A stretch of DNA of 64,000 bases from Guillardia theta CCMP2712 (GCF_000315625.1 NW_005434658.1:587139-651138); one strand, 5' to 3'; positions 24,762-37,794 are shown, numbered from the stretch's first letter. The notes: generated by a model not told the origin, from the letters alone. Program-made: numbers and translations.

Positions 24762-27221
24762 TCAGAAGCAACTCCAGTACTCGTTTTCTAGCCACCAAAA
24801 CCGCTGCCCCTCCTGCCATGGTGGCTCGGGCTGGAGCAGGGAGGTCAGAGAAGCAATAAACAGGACTGAGCTCTGTGAACCTGTGGCCACCTTGTCGGGG
24901 GATCTCGAGAGCTCCGGAAGCAGAATCTCCTGACGTTGTGGATCCACCTGCTTGCACGCTAACAAGATCGTCTCCTCTCCCTCCTCCTCTACATACCCCT
25001 CAGAGAACGGATAGATTCCGACCTGAGATGAAACAGTCAGCTTTCCCTCCTGCCATCATCCTCTGTAGCCCTCGCGCCCACACACACATCCCTCCCCCCT
25101 CCTCCTCCTCCCTCCTCCTCCCCTCTCCTCTTCTCGCATTCTCTCACCGGCAGCCCCTTGAGGTACGTCACGTTCCCAATGCTGCTTGCTTCCCACGTCG
25201 TCTGCACGTGCGAGTCACGGCAGCAGCGCGCGCTCCTCAGCTTACTTGTCCGGTGACGACCAGGTAGGAATGGAAGAAGAGAAGAGCTCCGAGCAGGATG
25301 GTGAACCCGATGCACACAAGCATTGCAACTAGTCCAACAGTCACCCGGCCAGCCTGCCTCTCCCCCTCTCCTCCTCTCCCCTTCTTCCCTTCTCTTCCAG
25401 TCCTCCTCAATACCCTCCAAACTTACGAAACGATGGCAGGTTGTAGTAAACCCAATCGCTCGCCCACTGCAAAGAGATTCAACCCACTCGATGAAGTCCA
25501 GCGGCAGCCTCACGTTGAGCCCAGACGTCGCTCTGAAGGTGGAGGCAGACAGAGAGCAGGTCCAGCAGACTGTGATGAACTCGAAGAAGAGATACCTGAA
25601 CATACTCGTTGGCCTTGCCAGTACGCCATCAAAACGTTATGCTCACCACCAGAACAGCCGATGATTGTACTCTCCAACACAATTTCCTGTCCCACCAAGT
25701 CAACGCTTGCATCGTGTGATGTACAAGTCCGAAGTGATCACCAATCCAGAAGCAATGGTGATCAAACGTGTAAACGCATCTGTCCTCCTAGTAAATCGAC
25801 AGACTTGATAGAAGGAGGTACAACTCACTTGCCACAATCGTAGCAATGCTTTGTTCGAAGAGGTTGATCCCTCTTACAGACCCTGCATATCCTTGAGTGA
25901 TCTTCATTCTCCCTGGGTCGCTCATACTTGCAAACCCGATTTGTTGCTTCTTCTTGCAGGGCACCATCTAGAATTGAGCAGGAGATCATGAAACAAGTAA
26001 CCAGATAGCTGGAGAAGGATTACGTTTTGGTTCTTCTTCTACTATCTCAATCTCATTCAGAGATTCTGAAATTTCTCTTCAGCAGGCAACACATCGCAGT
26101 ACAATTTTCACCGATGGTCGGCGCCTGTCTAGAGGCAGATACTGATTCCTGCTTGCATGAATGTCATTCACAACGCAGAGTGCAGGCTGAGCGCACTGAA
26201 CCATTTCTGGCCCTCCTTCTTCGATCTCATCCTCGCCGTAAGCTTGTCCGTGAACCGGCTGCTCAAAACGTCTCAAGGAGCAGCAGCGCCGAGAGGATGT
26301 GCATTCACTACATTCGCCTTGACGGTCGAGCTTCGCACCTGCAAGTCGCTCAACATGTCGAACGAGGCAGATGCATGAAAGACCTCCATGAGCTCGATGG
26401 GCGCGTTCCCCTTCCTCGGCCTTACCACCTCCACGTCTGCACCATGTCAAGGATTCTCATCTGCCCCCAACGGGATGGACCATCTAGCAAGCGGCTCTCC
26501 TCCACTGTTGGGACATATCCCTGCACTTCAAGTCACTGTAGGTATCGGAAGCATGTGTACGTACAGGATCTGCTCGTGAAACAGCAAAGTACAAGATCGT
26601 GCTGACCGCGAAAAAGGCGAAATATGTCATGCAATATAGGACTGACTCAACTGAGGTGCTGTATCACTACAAGTAGCGAATCGTCGATCATCACCGTCTG
26701 CCCTGAGCGCGTTCTTCAAGTCCCCATCCCATCGAACGATCACGTACATCACTCCCACTTTGCAACCATCAGTACTTTCGAAAGAGCAGGAGTGTTTCTT
26801 TGACCTCGAAAGAAGACCCAGAAGAAGAGTGCTCCTACAACAATCGTGAGATTCCATGTGACTATGGAGTTTCAAACCTTTTGCAGCTGACTTTGCCGTC
26901 AACAATCTTTCCTCCCTCCTCCGAAACATGTTCGCAGCGAGCAAGACTTCGTTCAGCCCGCGAACTAAGCTTGATCCACCCGTCTCAGCACATGGCGAGT
27001 GCAAGTCTGCTCCTGCTCGTCCCTCACAACAGCTCTGTCAGTGAACTGGTTTCCCCTCCCTTTGTTCCAGATGATGTTTTCGCAAATCCACCAACAGCAC
27101 GGACTGATTCGATTCAATCCCGCCAAATCCAGTTACGGGCATAACGGACAACGGCTGGTCTTCGGAAATGGTTTGGGAGGAGCGCTGAGGAGCGAGGGAG
27201 CGAGGGCAAGCGGCAACCATG
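24762..27221 (-). CDS. DHHC-type protein S-palmitoyltransferase (ZDHHC12/plant PAT10-like), more than 10 short exons
   Basis: Spliced minus-strand exons read YFAVSRADP|GYVP (DPG motif), RVCK|VCKRDQPLRTKHCYDCG|.CVYTFDHHCFWI|GNCVGEYNHRLFWW|YLFFE (DHHC codons at 25752-25763), FHSYLVVTGQ|TTWE (TTxE motif), YPFSEG and a terminal WWLENEYWSCF* at 24762. The start codon is uncertain. Confidence 0.88.
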
Positions 27222-27339
27222 GCGATGAGGAGAGGAGTCAGGCGGTGACTGCCACGAGGAGGAGAGAGTTTCTTGCAGCAGGTCTGTAGCAGGAGGGGCA
27301 GGGGAGGACAAGGAGTCTGCGTGATCCCAGTGAGGGAAG

Positions 27340-29985
27340 ATGGAGGAATCCAAAAGGGGCAACGAGGCTCAGGACAAGCCAGAGGAGGAAAGAAGCAAAC
27401 TCGACAAACCGCCAGAATCTGGGAATGATGTTGCAAGATCAGAGCAGAGAAAAGGTTCTACGAGCGCCCCGCCTGTTCCTCCTGGGCCATCAGGACGGAG
27501 CAAGCAAGACCTGAAGGAGGCATTATCTATGAATATCTTTCAACGAGCAAGGACGGAGATCGCCAAGTCGAAACTCCATCTGACGGCTGGAGCAACGAGG
27601 ATACACGGAAGGTTCTCCACGTACAACAGTCAGCGTCCGCAAGAGGTTGTATCTCTGGCGGGGTTGAGTATCAAACTTATAACCTGCGGGAGCGACCATG
27701 TTCTAGCTCTCGATGCAAGTGGGAAGATACGAAGTTGGGGCAGGGGGGAATCCGGGCAGCTGGGTCATGCAAGCTTCAGCCACTCGAGCACTCCTTCCAT
27801 CATCGATGAGCTCGCAAGTCAACGGGTGAAAGAGGTCGCTTGTGGAGTTGCGTTCAGTGCAGCCTTGATGGAGGGAGGACAGCTGTACACATGGGGTTGC
27901 AACAGGTACGGGCAGCTAGGTCAAGGCGATAGAACCTCCTCTGCAATACCTCGCATGCTGCCATCCATGAACCACCGCCATGTCCACTTGATGGCATGCG
28001 GTGCAGCCCATATCGTCGTGTTGACTACATCAAGGGATGTGTACACTTGGGGCAACAACAGCTACGGACAGCTGGGACATGGATTCCGCAAGAAACATTG
28101 TCTACAGCCAAAGTCTGTTAGAGTTATGAGCGGGCTGGACATCAAGCAGATCGTAGCAGGGGAGAACCATTCGTGTGTGATGACATCTTTCGGAGACATT
28201 TACACTTGGGGACGAGGAGATTTTGGACAGTTGGGACATGGGGACATGGAGAGCAAGGACATCCCAACTCTCTTGTCTCCTCTCGACCCAAAGACGCAAG
28301 CCTCACTCATTGTTTCTGGTGCAGACTTCATCATGGCTATGACATACTCAGGAGCTGTGTATTCGTGGGGTAGAAACTGTTTCGGCCAACTGGGGCATGG
28401 GGTGGATATGCATTATTCAAAGAGCAATCGGTTTCCTTCAGATGTGATATCGTAAGTGCTGGAGCAAGAGATCATTGGCCTCAAGGTGAAGTTCGTTTGT
28501 TGTAGGCCGAAGATTATTTCCTTCTTCGCTGCCAGTGAAGAGCATGACGCAATCTCCCTCTCTTCGATTTCCTGCGGGTGATATGCTTGTTAGTGCGACA
28601 TACTTGCGTCTGACGACCTCTTGAACGACAGGAGTCATCATGTCCTGGCAATCACAGAGAAGAAAGACACGCTGTTTGCCGTAAGTTTTGAACCTTGACA
28701 TTGATCTCGCGAGTAGATGACTCGTTGTACAGTGGGGGCGCGGTGAACATGGTCAGCTTGGTTTGGATCCACGGGATACATCTTTTCGTCCAATACCGCA
28801 GGTGCATATTTCCTAATGACTTCCTGTTGAACTGATGTTGGATTTGTTTCTTCACCTTCCACAGGAGGTGAAAAAGATGAAAGGGATGATTGTCTTGGCG
28901 GCGGCATGCAGCGAGAATCACTCGGTAGTGGTAGCGACAATGCCAGGATCGGGGCCCAAAGGAGATATGAAGGTGTTTTCGTGGGGTAGAGGATCGTTCG
29001 GTCAGCTCGGCTATGGGAGGTGATGATTGTTGAATGCGTAAGTCTTCCTCTTGAGACTTCAAGACAGTGGGAAAGTGCCAGTGATGAAGGAGACTGTCCA
29101 AGATAATCAAGGTAAAGGAAACTTACACCCTTACTGTCTACCTGACACATCGCCAGGGGCGAAGGGGCTGCTTTGGAAGAGAAGCACTGTGCGCCCGACA
29201 ACTTCATTGGGTTTCGCCGATGCGACAAAGAAAGCTTCATGGAAGTCCTCCACAGATACTTCTTTCAAAGTCTTGCCCGCGGGGTAACTGACCAGCTCCT
29301 TGAGTTCTTCGCCTGATGCAAGTCAACAGCAAATCTTCTACTCGTGTTCCTCAGATGCTTGTTGAGCGTCCAGCAAGCTGTGAGCCAAGGCTGTCATCGA
29401 TGTACAAACAGTCTGTCAACTCCATGGAGAGCCTTTCAAGCTCAGCCATGCTACAATCTCAGCATAGCCAATGGTGAGTATGATACCAGGACCAAGTCCT
29501 CGATACTGATGAAGAATTTAATCCAGGGAGCCGACATTGCAATCACAGGACTCGTTCACCCGAATAAGCAGCCTGATAACAACGATGGATACGAGCAAAC
29601 TCGCACAGAGAATCATGCTCTCGAGGAAGCGCGACAGGAAGCAGCCGATCAAGTACCCATCGACCCCAACTCGAGCTCGCAACCCTCTGATGCCTCTTGA
29701 CAGGGTGCATCCCGATGACCCGGAGCCCCTCAGCATGGCCGAGTTACTGAGGTGATTCCGAAGTATCTCAAGATCAGCTGACAATCTCTTAGACTCGTCG
29801 ATGAATACAAGGAATCCTATTGAAACAATAATGCCGCACAAGGTAAGAACGCGGCGTCCAATTATGTTATTGCCCTTTCACTAACATGGTCGATTAGAGA
29901 TATCGCGAGTTGTTGCAGAATAAGAATGCATCAGTCTGTCGTGATATGTTCAGAATGATCTTGTTCCCCATAACCTCGAGATGAA
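27340..29985 (+). CDS. RCC1-repeat (beta-propeller) protein with C-terminal extension
   Basis: Repeated VACGxxHS/FS...G-x-VYxWGxN/GxxGQLG motifs: five repeats in ORF 27340-28455 and two more in exons ~28717-29020. The 3' end is approximate. Confidence 0.85.
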
Positions 29986-30146
29986 AAGATCATCAATCTC
30001 AAACCAAAAGGTTTAACTTCGTAGTCGAAGCAGAAAAAAGTAAAACATGACGAAATAGCTCAAGTCCTTTAGATGTGGAGGAGCGTCTCCGCATTCATTC
30101 ATAGCTCGAAACAGAAAAACTATCCCAAGATTCGGCGAGGAATCAT

Positions 30147-30547
30147 TTAAGACTTCCACTGGTTAACAGCCTCGACGTACTTCTGCATTGCCTCGTCCTT
30201 GGACATGCCTGAGAAAAAACGTTATTGTGGAGCATGCGAGACTTCCAGATAATCTCACCTTTGTTCTTGTTCCATGCCTCCCACTTGGCTTTGCCAGAAA
30301 AGTCCAGCATTCCTGGCTTGGCGGTGTTGCAATCCCCTTCCTTCACCTGAACAAATACAATCAGGTTACGTTGCGACCAGCTACTGCAGCGTTGAACATT
30401 CGCAAGAGGACGAGGAAGGTGTGTTTCTACCTGCTTGAACCACCCATAGAGGAGCAGCTGCTGGTCCTGAGAGATCTTCTTCAGCCCATCGTTGCTGCCC
30501 GACGCCGCCAGTGCTGCAGCTGCTTCGAAATCTTCGGCGAGGCCCAT
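30147..30547 (-). CDS. ACBP: Acyl-CoA-binding protein (3 exons: 30547-30431, 30346-30259, 30208-30147)
   Basis: [15 protein letters not shown]...[11 protein letters not shown]|[30 protein letters not shown]|[19 protein letters not shown] matches the canonical ACBP signature. Confidence 0.95.
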
Positions 30548-31306
30548 GATTGTGTCACCACAGAGATACACAGGGGGTGGGGTGCTTCTAATAACATACA
30601 AGGACGGGTAGTCCTCTGTGTGGAAAGTAGTCAATGGACCCCTGGTATGAAATATAAGTTGGGGGAGGGGGGGGTGAATCATCATTCGAGTTCTCAGTAT
30701 CACTGATGCAGTGCAGTGCCGGCCGGCCCGGCGGCCAGGGCCCGGCCCGGTCTGAAGAGTCTACAGGCTCGCTTTACTCAAAGTTTAAGTTAAAATCAGT
30801 ACGAGGGCAATAAGGAGAGGAGAGGAGGCTTGACCCTAACACTGCCGCACTGACCGTACGGCGAGAAGAGAAAAGACAGCGAGGACCAACCCTCCGCATC
30901 CTGCCTACTGCTGTCCTCCAAACTTAACTGATACATTCACTTAACTCCGCCGCAGGACCATTCCCCCGCGCCATGCCCATGATGTAGTCCGACGGTCGTG
31001 GTGGCCGCCGCCGAAGGAATGATATGTCCTTTTAATTTAACTTAACTTCCAGTGAGTAAAAGGCTTGATCATCCGAGTCACTTTACTGGCCCGGGTCCGG
31101 AGTCCGGGGCTAGTCATGGTAGGTAAGAAACCGTTGAACTCACTACCTAATGTCAGTTGAACACTCGACCGTGAGAGGAAAGAAAATGAAATATAGGAGG
31201 AAGGTTTCAAATGTGAGCTGGAAAACAGGTAGTCACCTGCTGAAATCATATCGTTGCAGTACGATTAAGGTAGGAGCTCTAGGCAAGACGTGCTTCACGT
31301 TGGACG

Positions 31307-34300
31307 ATGGCGAGGACGAAACGACTGACCGAGGACCGTGACGACTCGAGGGACAACCGTAGATCGAAGACTCCCAGACTTTCAGCCTCGGAAGAAGCCA
31401 ACGACGATGGTGATGAGACCGAAAGTGACGAGGAAACAGATGTGAACGAGCATGTGACGGGAATTGGGATTTTGAGCAGATTCCGTGGGCTCCTCCACAA
31501 GATTTCTTCTGAGCTAGATGATGACAGCGACCCATCACTCGCTCACGTCAAAAGTGATTGTTCCAGCATACAACGCTGGGTCAATGAGCGGAAGATATTG
31601 TTTGTCGGACCAAATGGAGTGGGAAAGAGCTGGATTATCAACATTTTGTTGCTCCTAACGACGGAGCTTCCAAGTACATATCGGAAGGTCAACGAAGGAA
31701 AAAAACCAGTCAAGACAGCAAAGGGCACATTAGATCCTTTGATGCAAGATGGATATAGCTTTCTTCCTCCTGTCATCATTCCTGAGTCAACTCCATCGAG
31801 GCATAAAGCCGGATCAGAGATGTTCAAGGCCCTTGCTGAATACTGTGTAAACCCGAGTTGGAACGCCTCATGCTGTGAGTATATCTTGCCGAGTAAGGAG
31901 AGAGGAACAGCCACCACGCCTTGCTTGATTTCAGTGGTCTACAGCCCAGTGTTCTGTCTGGTGATTACTTTCGAAAAGGAAGAGAAGCTACGAGAGAAGG
32001 CTTTCCAATGGGTCCTAGCAAACCAACAAGTTCTGGATGGAGAACGAGATCGCAAGGATTTGAATGGTCCCGATTATCGATGGAAGCACGAATACTTCAA
32101 ACAATTAGTGAGTGAAAGTCAGCAATTTGAAGAAGGCGACGCAAGGTTCAAAGACATTAAAGACCAGAATGCTCTTCAGCTCAAAAAGATTGTCAGTTCG
32201 AGAGCTGGAAAAATTCAAATCTACACAGGTAGAGGGGTTGACTTGCATGCTGAGCGAGAATTTATTCGCGATCAGCTAAATCAAGTTGTAATGGAGGAAT
32301 ACAGAGAAACGATTTGCATGGTAAAGAGCTTGCGTGTTGGTGTCCCGTCATCACTCGTGAAGGGTGGGGGGATGATCTCTGATTGTCCAGGTACTTGAAT
32401 ACTCCAGATGTCCTGCCTGACTTGATGTCATTCACAGGGTCAGGGGACACCAATGCCGTCCGATCCAATGAAATGCAGAAAGCCATCAACGAGCATGAGA
32501 TTGTGATCGTGGTATCCAACAGGGCACTCGACAGCAGCAAGGAAATCTGGACTGAGGTGAAGAACTCAAATTTCTTCTCGAACTGTTTCAAATATCCCCA
32601 TGAATATCATCTCATCGTTCTACACTACAACGAAAGGCAACAAAACAGGAATGATCTTGAGAGAACGCTTGAAGGAGACTTTCATGTCGAGGATAAAAAC
32701 AAAGAAAATATGAGGACAAGAAGCAGGGAGCATATACTTGAAGCTTTCAGGAAACTCGACAGGTCAGGGCCAGAATCTGATATAAACGAAGAGTGCTTCA
32801 CTATTCTGAATATTTCCCCAACTTTATTCGCTTCGATGGAATTGAATGCATCTTTTCGTTTGGAAAAAAAGGCAGAATTGGATAGACTGGTTCAGTTCAC
32901 CGAATGTGGTGAACTCTTTGGAATCTTGAACTGTGCCAATTCTGCATCTTTGAGACAAGGCAAAAAGATCATTTCAGACGCATTGGAGGAATTGGAAAGA
33001 TGTTTCATGAATCAAGTCAGAGGCAAGTGGGAAACATTTCCTATTGATGACTTCAAGAAACGAACCAGGGGTTTCTTGTCTATGATAAGAACGCAAAATA
33101 CAGTACAAATGGACAAATTCCTGAACTTTGTATCAGATTGTATTCAGGACCTGACAAAAAGAATTGAGAAACTTGTGGAAAGGTTTTTGATCACCAACAA
33201 GAATTTTCTGGACAGATGCTCTAGAAGATCGAAAGAACAATGGAGAGATTACCCTTCACAAAAGCTGAGCCAGACTATCGAAATAATGAATATAGATTCT
33301 GCTTTCCGGGACCGAACTCTACAAAGGAGAATGCAAAAGCTTGTACTAGGGCCTCTGCGCAAGAAGAGTATTGAATTCGATCCCATGATACGTAATGTTG
33401 ATGAGGCTCTATTGGAATTGAATGGAAAAGTCGTGAAGGAGATCCGTTCATTCATTACAATATGTTACGAGCAGTTCAGCAATGATTCTTTATTCAAAGA
33501 CATGTTGAATGAATACTGCAAGTTGGTCTCATTTAATTTGAATGATAGGTCAAAGAGGTTTTTCTGCTTCGGGCGAAAATCCTTACACATCAATCAGCTT
33601 GTACTTGACGGGACAATATCTTGGAAAGCTCAAGAATCAAGTTTGAAAAAGATGATGAAGGAGTGGTTTCAGGACAATGCAAAAGACGCTCGAAGTCGGA
33701 ATCAGAAGTTGTTACCTCCGAGGACACCTGGTCAGGCTATCAATGATTTTGAAGAATATATCGACAAATTTTTTCAATATTTTGCCTCTGAATTGCAGGC
33801 TAAGGTGATCAAACAAATCACCTACCAGAAGGAGCAATTGAAAAAGCATTGGGTCGCTTTTGGAATTCCCAAACACAAGAAACCCACTCCAAAACAGAAT
33901 CAATCGCTTCAATATGCACTGTTTGCATTTCCTCAATGGCTTGAGGAAAACTGTGAGCCGGAAATGATCAAAAAGGTGGGTATTTCAGGATCAACGACCT
34001 CGCAGCTGAGCAACTATCGAAAGAGCTTAAAAGAAATCTTTCCTTCAGACGACATTCAACAGATCAAAGAGAAGCTGAAGCATGAAACGCTGGAGCAGAT
34101 TGCAAGAGATCGAGTTCTTCGGGTGCTTGATATGCACTTTGATGATCGTGAGGGGCCGATTGTCAATATCCCTTTGAGACCTGCTCACGATGCTGTTCTC
34201 AACATCGATCAGTTTTCTTCATCACTTTTCTTCTCGGTCGATCCTCTTGAGGTAACGCAAATGAAGCAATCATTGAGCGATCGTGCATACAAATTGTGGC

Positions 34301-35367
34301 CAGATGATGGTGATGGAGACGAAGATGAAAACAAGCAAAGTCTTTTCCTGTCCGTCGCTCATCAGCTCTGGGGAGGGTCCAAGAAGAAGATCGTCGAAGC
34401 TCATGCCTACCAGCTTCGTCAGGCAGTATGTCTGACCATTTCAGAGCAGAATGCAACACATGAACTCAGAGCTCGTTTCATAGATCGATACAGGGATGTC
34501 ATCCCGTCGTCATTCAGCGATTGGCACAACTGTTGGAAAGAGTATGTCGAGCTGCAGGCTAACTTATCCAGGACCGGCGACATGCTGTGCCTGCGTGTGA
34601 TCTTTGATTGCGTTCTCCACATCCAAGTCAACGTTCTCGTGTGGTGTCCGGGAGATTCTCCCTTTTGCTTGCGTTCAACGGAAGCACATCAATCCGCCTA
34701 TCAGCTTGCAGTGATTGGCGTAGACGATGCTGATGATTCCAACAGTCAGTTTGTGTTTCGTTCCGTAGTCAAGCTGGAAGATGCAGCGCTCGAGCCTGAA
34801 AGAGGTTTGAGACATGTCTTACAGCCTTCTGACCAGGACAAGCTGGTTTTGATGATTGGTACCTCCTTGGCCATGAATCTGTCTCTTCATCAGAAGCTTT
34901 TTGATCACCTGGAGAAATATCACGGGCAACAAGTTTCTCCATGCGTTCCACGTTCTGTTCGAAAAGCTCTTCGCTCGATTTCAAATAATAGCAGGGATTC
35001 AAATCGAAACAAAGCAAAAACAGCGCTGAAGCACATAGAGACTATCCTCGACAAGTCGTCATTTTGGTTGCTGGGACTCGAAGAGCGGTACGAACAGGAG
35101 CTGAACATGCGTTATGCGCTCGCCAATGTCAACAAGAGGCCGAAGCATCTATTGAAGTTGTTGAGGTCACGGGGTAACAAAGTCATTCTCGTTGCAGAAA
35201 GCAAAGATCCGCTGCACGCTCAGTGCAAGGACGAACGACTTCCTGTGTTAGAACCTTTCGACAAAACTGGTACGGGACTCTTTCAGATCATGAAAAAATC
35301 TGGGGGGACTGGAAATCCTCAACTGAGTTTCACATCTGCTCTGCTGGAGCAAGCAACAGCGAAGTGA
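31307..35367 (+). CDS. Dynamin-superfamily (NUGGC/SLIP-GC-like) GTPase fused to degenerate OTU and PIN domains, 1337 aa, single intron 32391-32437
   Basis: G1 ILFVGPNGVGKS and G2 GTATTP are present. Splicing a 47-nt GT-AG intron joins the ORFs into G3 DCPGSGDTNAVR. A long helical region follows, then OTU-like QSLFLSVAHQLWG...LRQAV...YVELQANLSRTGDMLCL and PIN-like LVLMIGTS...CVPRSVRKAL...AKTALKHIE...KVILVAESKDPL...LPVL. Confidence 0.75.
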
Positions 35368-35613
35368 ACGAGCTGGTCAGCTTGTTTGGAGTGATAAGTT
35401 TCCAACTGAAACACTGACAGGGATGAAATTGAAGAGTTGAAAGCGCTCTAATGCAACGCTGCCAACGTATTGAAAGCCGCGGAATCCTTGGCGAAGACAA
35501 GGACGCCTTGATATGATTCATTCTACCATACAGCTAATTGATTGAAACCTGCTGCCTAAGGGGTTATGCCTTGCCGTTTATCTTATAAGAGCTCGTTTAA
35601 TAGATCCTCAGTC

Positions 35614-37427
35614 TCACAGATGCAAGTTGCTGCTGCCGCTCCTGCTGCCGACCTGCCGGGAGTTTGGGCGGCTCGGAGACTTTCCACCTGGCCTCGAGAT
35701 GACCATCGGGATGGTATCCGCATCCTCCAACTTATTCGGTGCCTCCTCCTCCTGAGCCTTGCTCGTCCAACTGCCCTTGCCAGAACCGTTGCTGCGATGC
35801 AAGTTAGGACAAGAGCAAGGGGGGCGAGAGCAACGACTCACCCCTTGATCGAGGCGAGCAACGTAGATTGCGTCTGCTGTAGTGATGCCCTCATTTGCTG
35901 CCTGATGGACGCCAGCTCCATCCGCTTCTGAGTGGCTGGGGAGACGTTGCTCGAGAGCTTCTCCCTCGATAGCTCGCTCAGCTGACGATTCTTCGACGGG
36001 CTTCCCGTCTCCAACGTCCCCTGTGACGGTGACGTGGCAACAGTCGATGGTCTCTCTTGCTCAGCGTTGTGGGGCTCCGTCGGCCCCAGATGGAGCTGCT
36101 TGCTAACATGATGCGCCGGGGCAGACCGAGGAACTTCACCTTGTGCGTCTCCTCCATGCAGCGATGAGGAAGGTCGGTAGTTCACGGTCCTTCGCATCAG
36201 CAGGCTTCCCTTCCTGCTGCTACCAAGGTCGCGATACACAGAGACGTCGAGGGAGTGGCCGAGGAGCTGTCTCGGAGCAGTGATCCACGGTAGCACATCA
36301 CATGGGCTCAGGACGGTCGTGAAACGAATTTCTCCCGCCACGGACCTGGGGAAGAGAATCTTCCGGCCCTCGTTGCACTCCAGCGCGAAAGGAAACTCGT
36401 ACTCGGGCTTCGAGCTCAGGGAAGAACCCACGATCTCGACGATGAAAGTTCCTCTGATGTCTATCTCGTCGCCATCCGGCAGTCTCATCTGCAGGAAGTA
36501 GAACTCCGCATTCTCTGGATTCTGCAGGCTGTCAGCGACATTGAACCGGGCTGTCTGCTCCAAGTTGACGTTCACTTCTTGGTTCTCGAGGTCGTGCAGG
36601 GAGTTCCGGTGCGGCTGTGTTGTTGACATTCTGCGCTGGGGTTTGTGCATAAAGTCCTTCAACTCAGCCACGTTGTCTTCGTCCGACTCTAGCTCCTCCT
36701 CCTCAACCTCCAAGCTCTCCACGTCGTAGTCACCATCGGCACTTCGGCCATGTCTTGATGGGAAGTGATCGAAGACCGGCCCTCCCGTCCACCGCATCCC
36801 TCCAGCAGCGTGCACCTCTATCTCCCTCGGGTTTGCTGATCCCGTGGAGCTGAGGGGCGTTCGTCTCGCGCTCGCGTCATCAGCCCGCGTGCTCTTGAAG
36901 AGCGGCTCCATGTCCCCCGCCTCGTCCTCCACTTTCAGCAAGCCTGCCTCACGGTAGAGCCTCTGCTTGAGCTTCTCTCTGCGCTGCTGAAACTCCGAGT
37001 CGATCGCTTCTCGCAGCTGCCGCTCCTTCCCTGCCGTGTACGACACCATCTCCTGCGACTGCCTGCTCGGCCCCACCAGCCTGCCAGCAGAGAGCAGACT
37101 CTCCCGCTCAGCAACGTTTCTGTTCACTGTCTGCAGGCGCTCAGTGCCGGCAGTGGAAGCTCGCACATCGTGCGACTGCTCCTGCACGTTGTTCTCCATG
37201 TTGTTCTCCATGTTGTTCCCCAGCATTGCCTCGCGCCATTCGCCGGTTCCTTTGTCTATCGTCTTCACAACATCGCCGGGCTCCAACACGTCCGCATAGC
37301 GATGCCTGTTCGACCAAGATTTCTTCTTGGACTGAGTTGAAAGTGGCTTGTAAAAGTTTCTTACGTTCTTCTCCCTCTCTTTAATCTCATCCAGTCGGTT
37401 GATCACCATGGTGTACGTCAGCACCAT
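35614..37427 (-). CDS. Uncharacterised protein (coiled coil, acidic tract, possible beta-sandwich domain)
   Basis: 529-codon ORF plus a probable terminal exon 35614-35790 after a GT-AG intron. A GTAAG donor at ~37432 suggests further upstream exons, so the start is uncertain. Confidence 0.55.
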
Positions 37428-37794
37428 CTTACCTCAGTAGGGTATGTGGTTTGAAGAAACGAGCTTCCTCACAACCTGATGTTCAAGAATGGCACCAGAT
37501 GACTTTCTTGTTGTAGCTCTGACCGTGCACGATGCTTCGATTGTCCGCAATCAGTTGTCAATCAGTTCCATCTTGCTGAATATACATCATCAATGAGCTG
37601 ATACTGATATGAATTGGAGATCGTTCCTTTCACGTCCTGTTCTAATTCCCCCGATTCTCTACGTCCTCTCCTTCTTCTCCTCCCGCTCCTCTTGCTCTTG
37701 CTCTTGCTCTTGATCTTGCACTTGCACTTGCTCTTGCTCTCCTCGCTTCTTCCTCTACTGTCGTCCCCCACTGCCTCTATGGGATCAACGCAAC

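Noticed and set aside
24790-24830. Plus-strand HQNRCPSCH, suggesting a RING finger to accompany MIB-HERC2
   Set aside because: It lies beyond the likely stop of the plus-strand gene and is the antisense shadow of the DHHC gene's last exon.
25298-27144. Several plus-strand ORFs (181, 113, 192 and 114 aa) suggesting a plus-strand gene
   Set aside because: No motifs, and the region is explained by the minus-strand DHHC gene.
32380-32440. Apparent frameshift between ORFs 31307-32398 and 32383-35367 (programmed frameshift or pseudogene)
   Set aside because: A canonical 47-nt GT-AG intron explains it and restores the G3 motif DCPGSGD.
583-35367. Possible functional cluster of ubiquitin-proteasome modules (PA28, pseudo-MPN, MIB-HERC2, pseudo-OTU) or of ciliary genes (dynein, RCC1-repeat protein)
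   Set aside because: The genes are interspersed with unrelated housekeeping genes on both strands. Such domains are common in eukaryotic genomes, and nothing in the sequence shows co-regulation.
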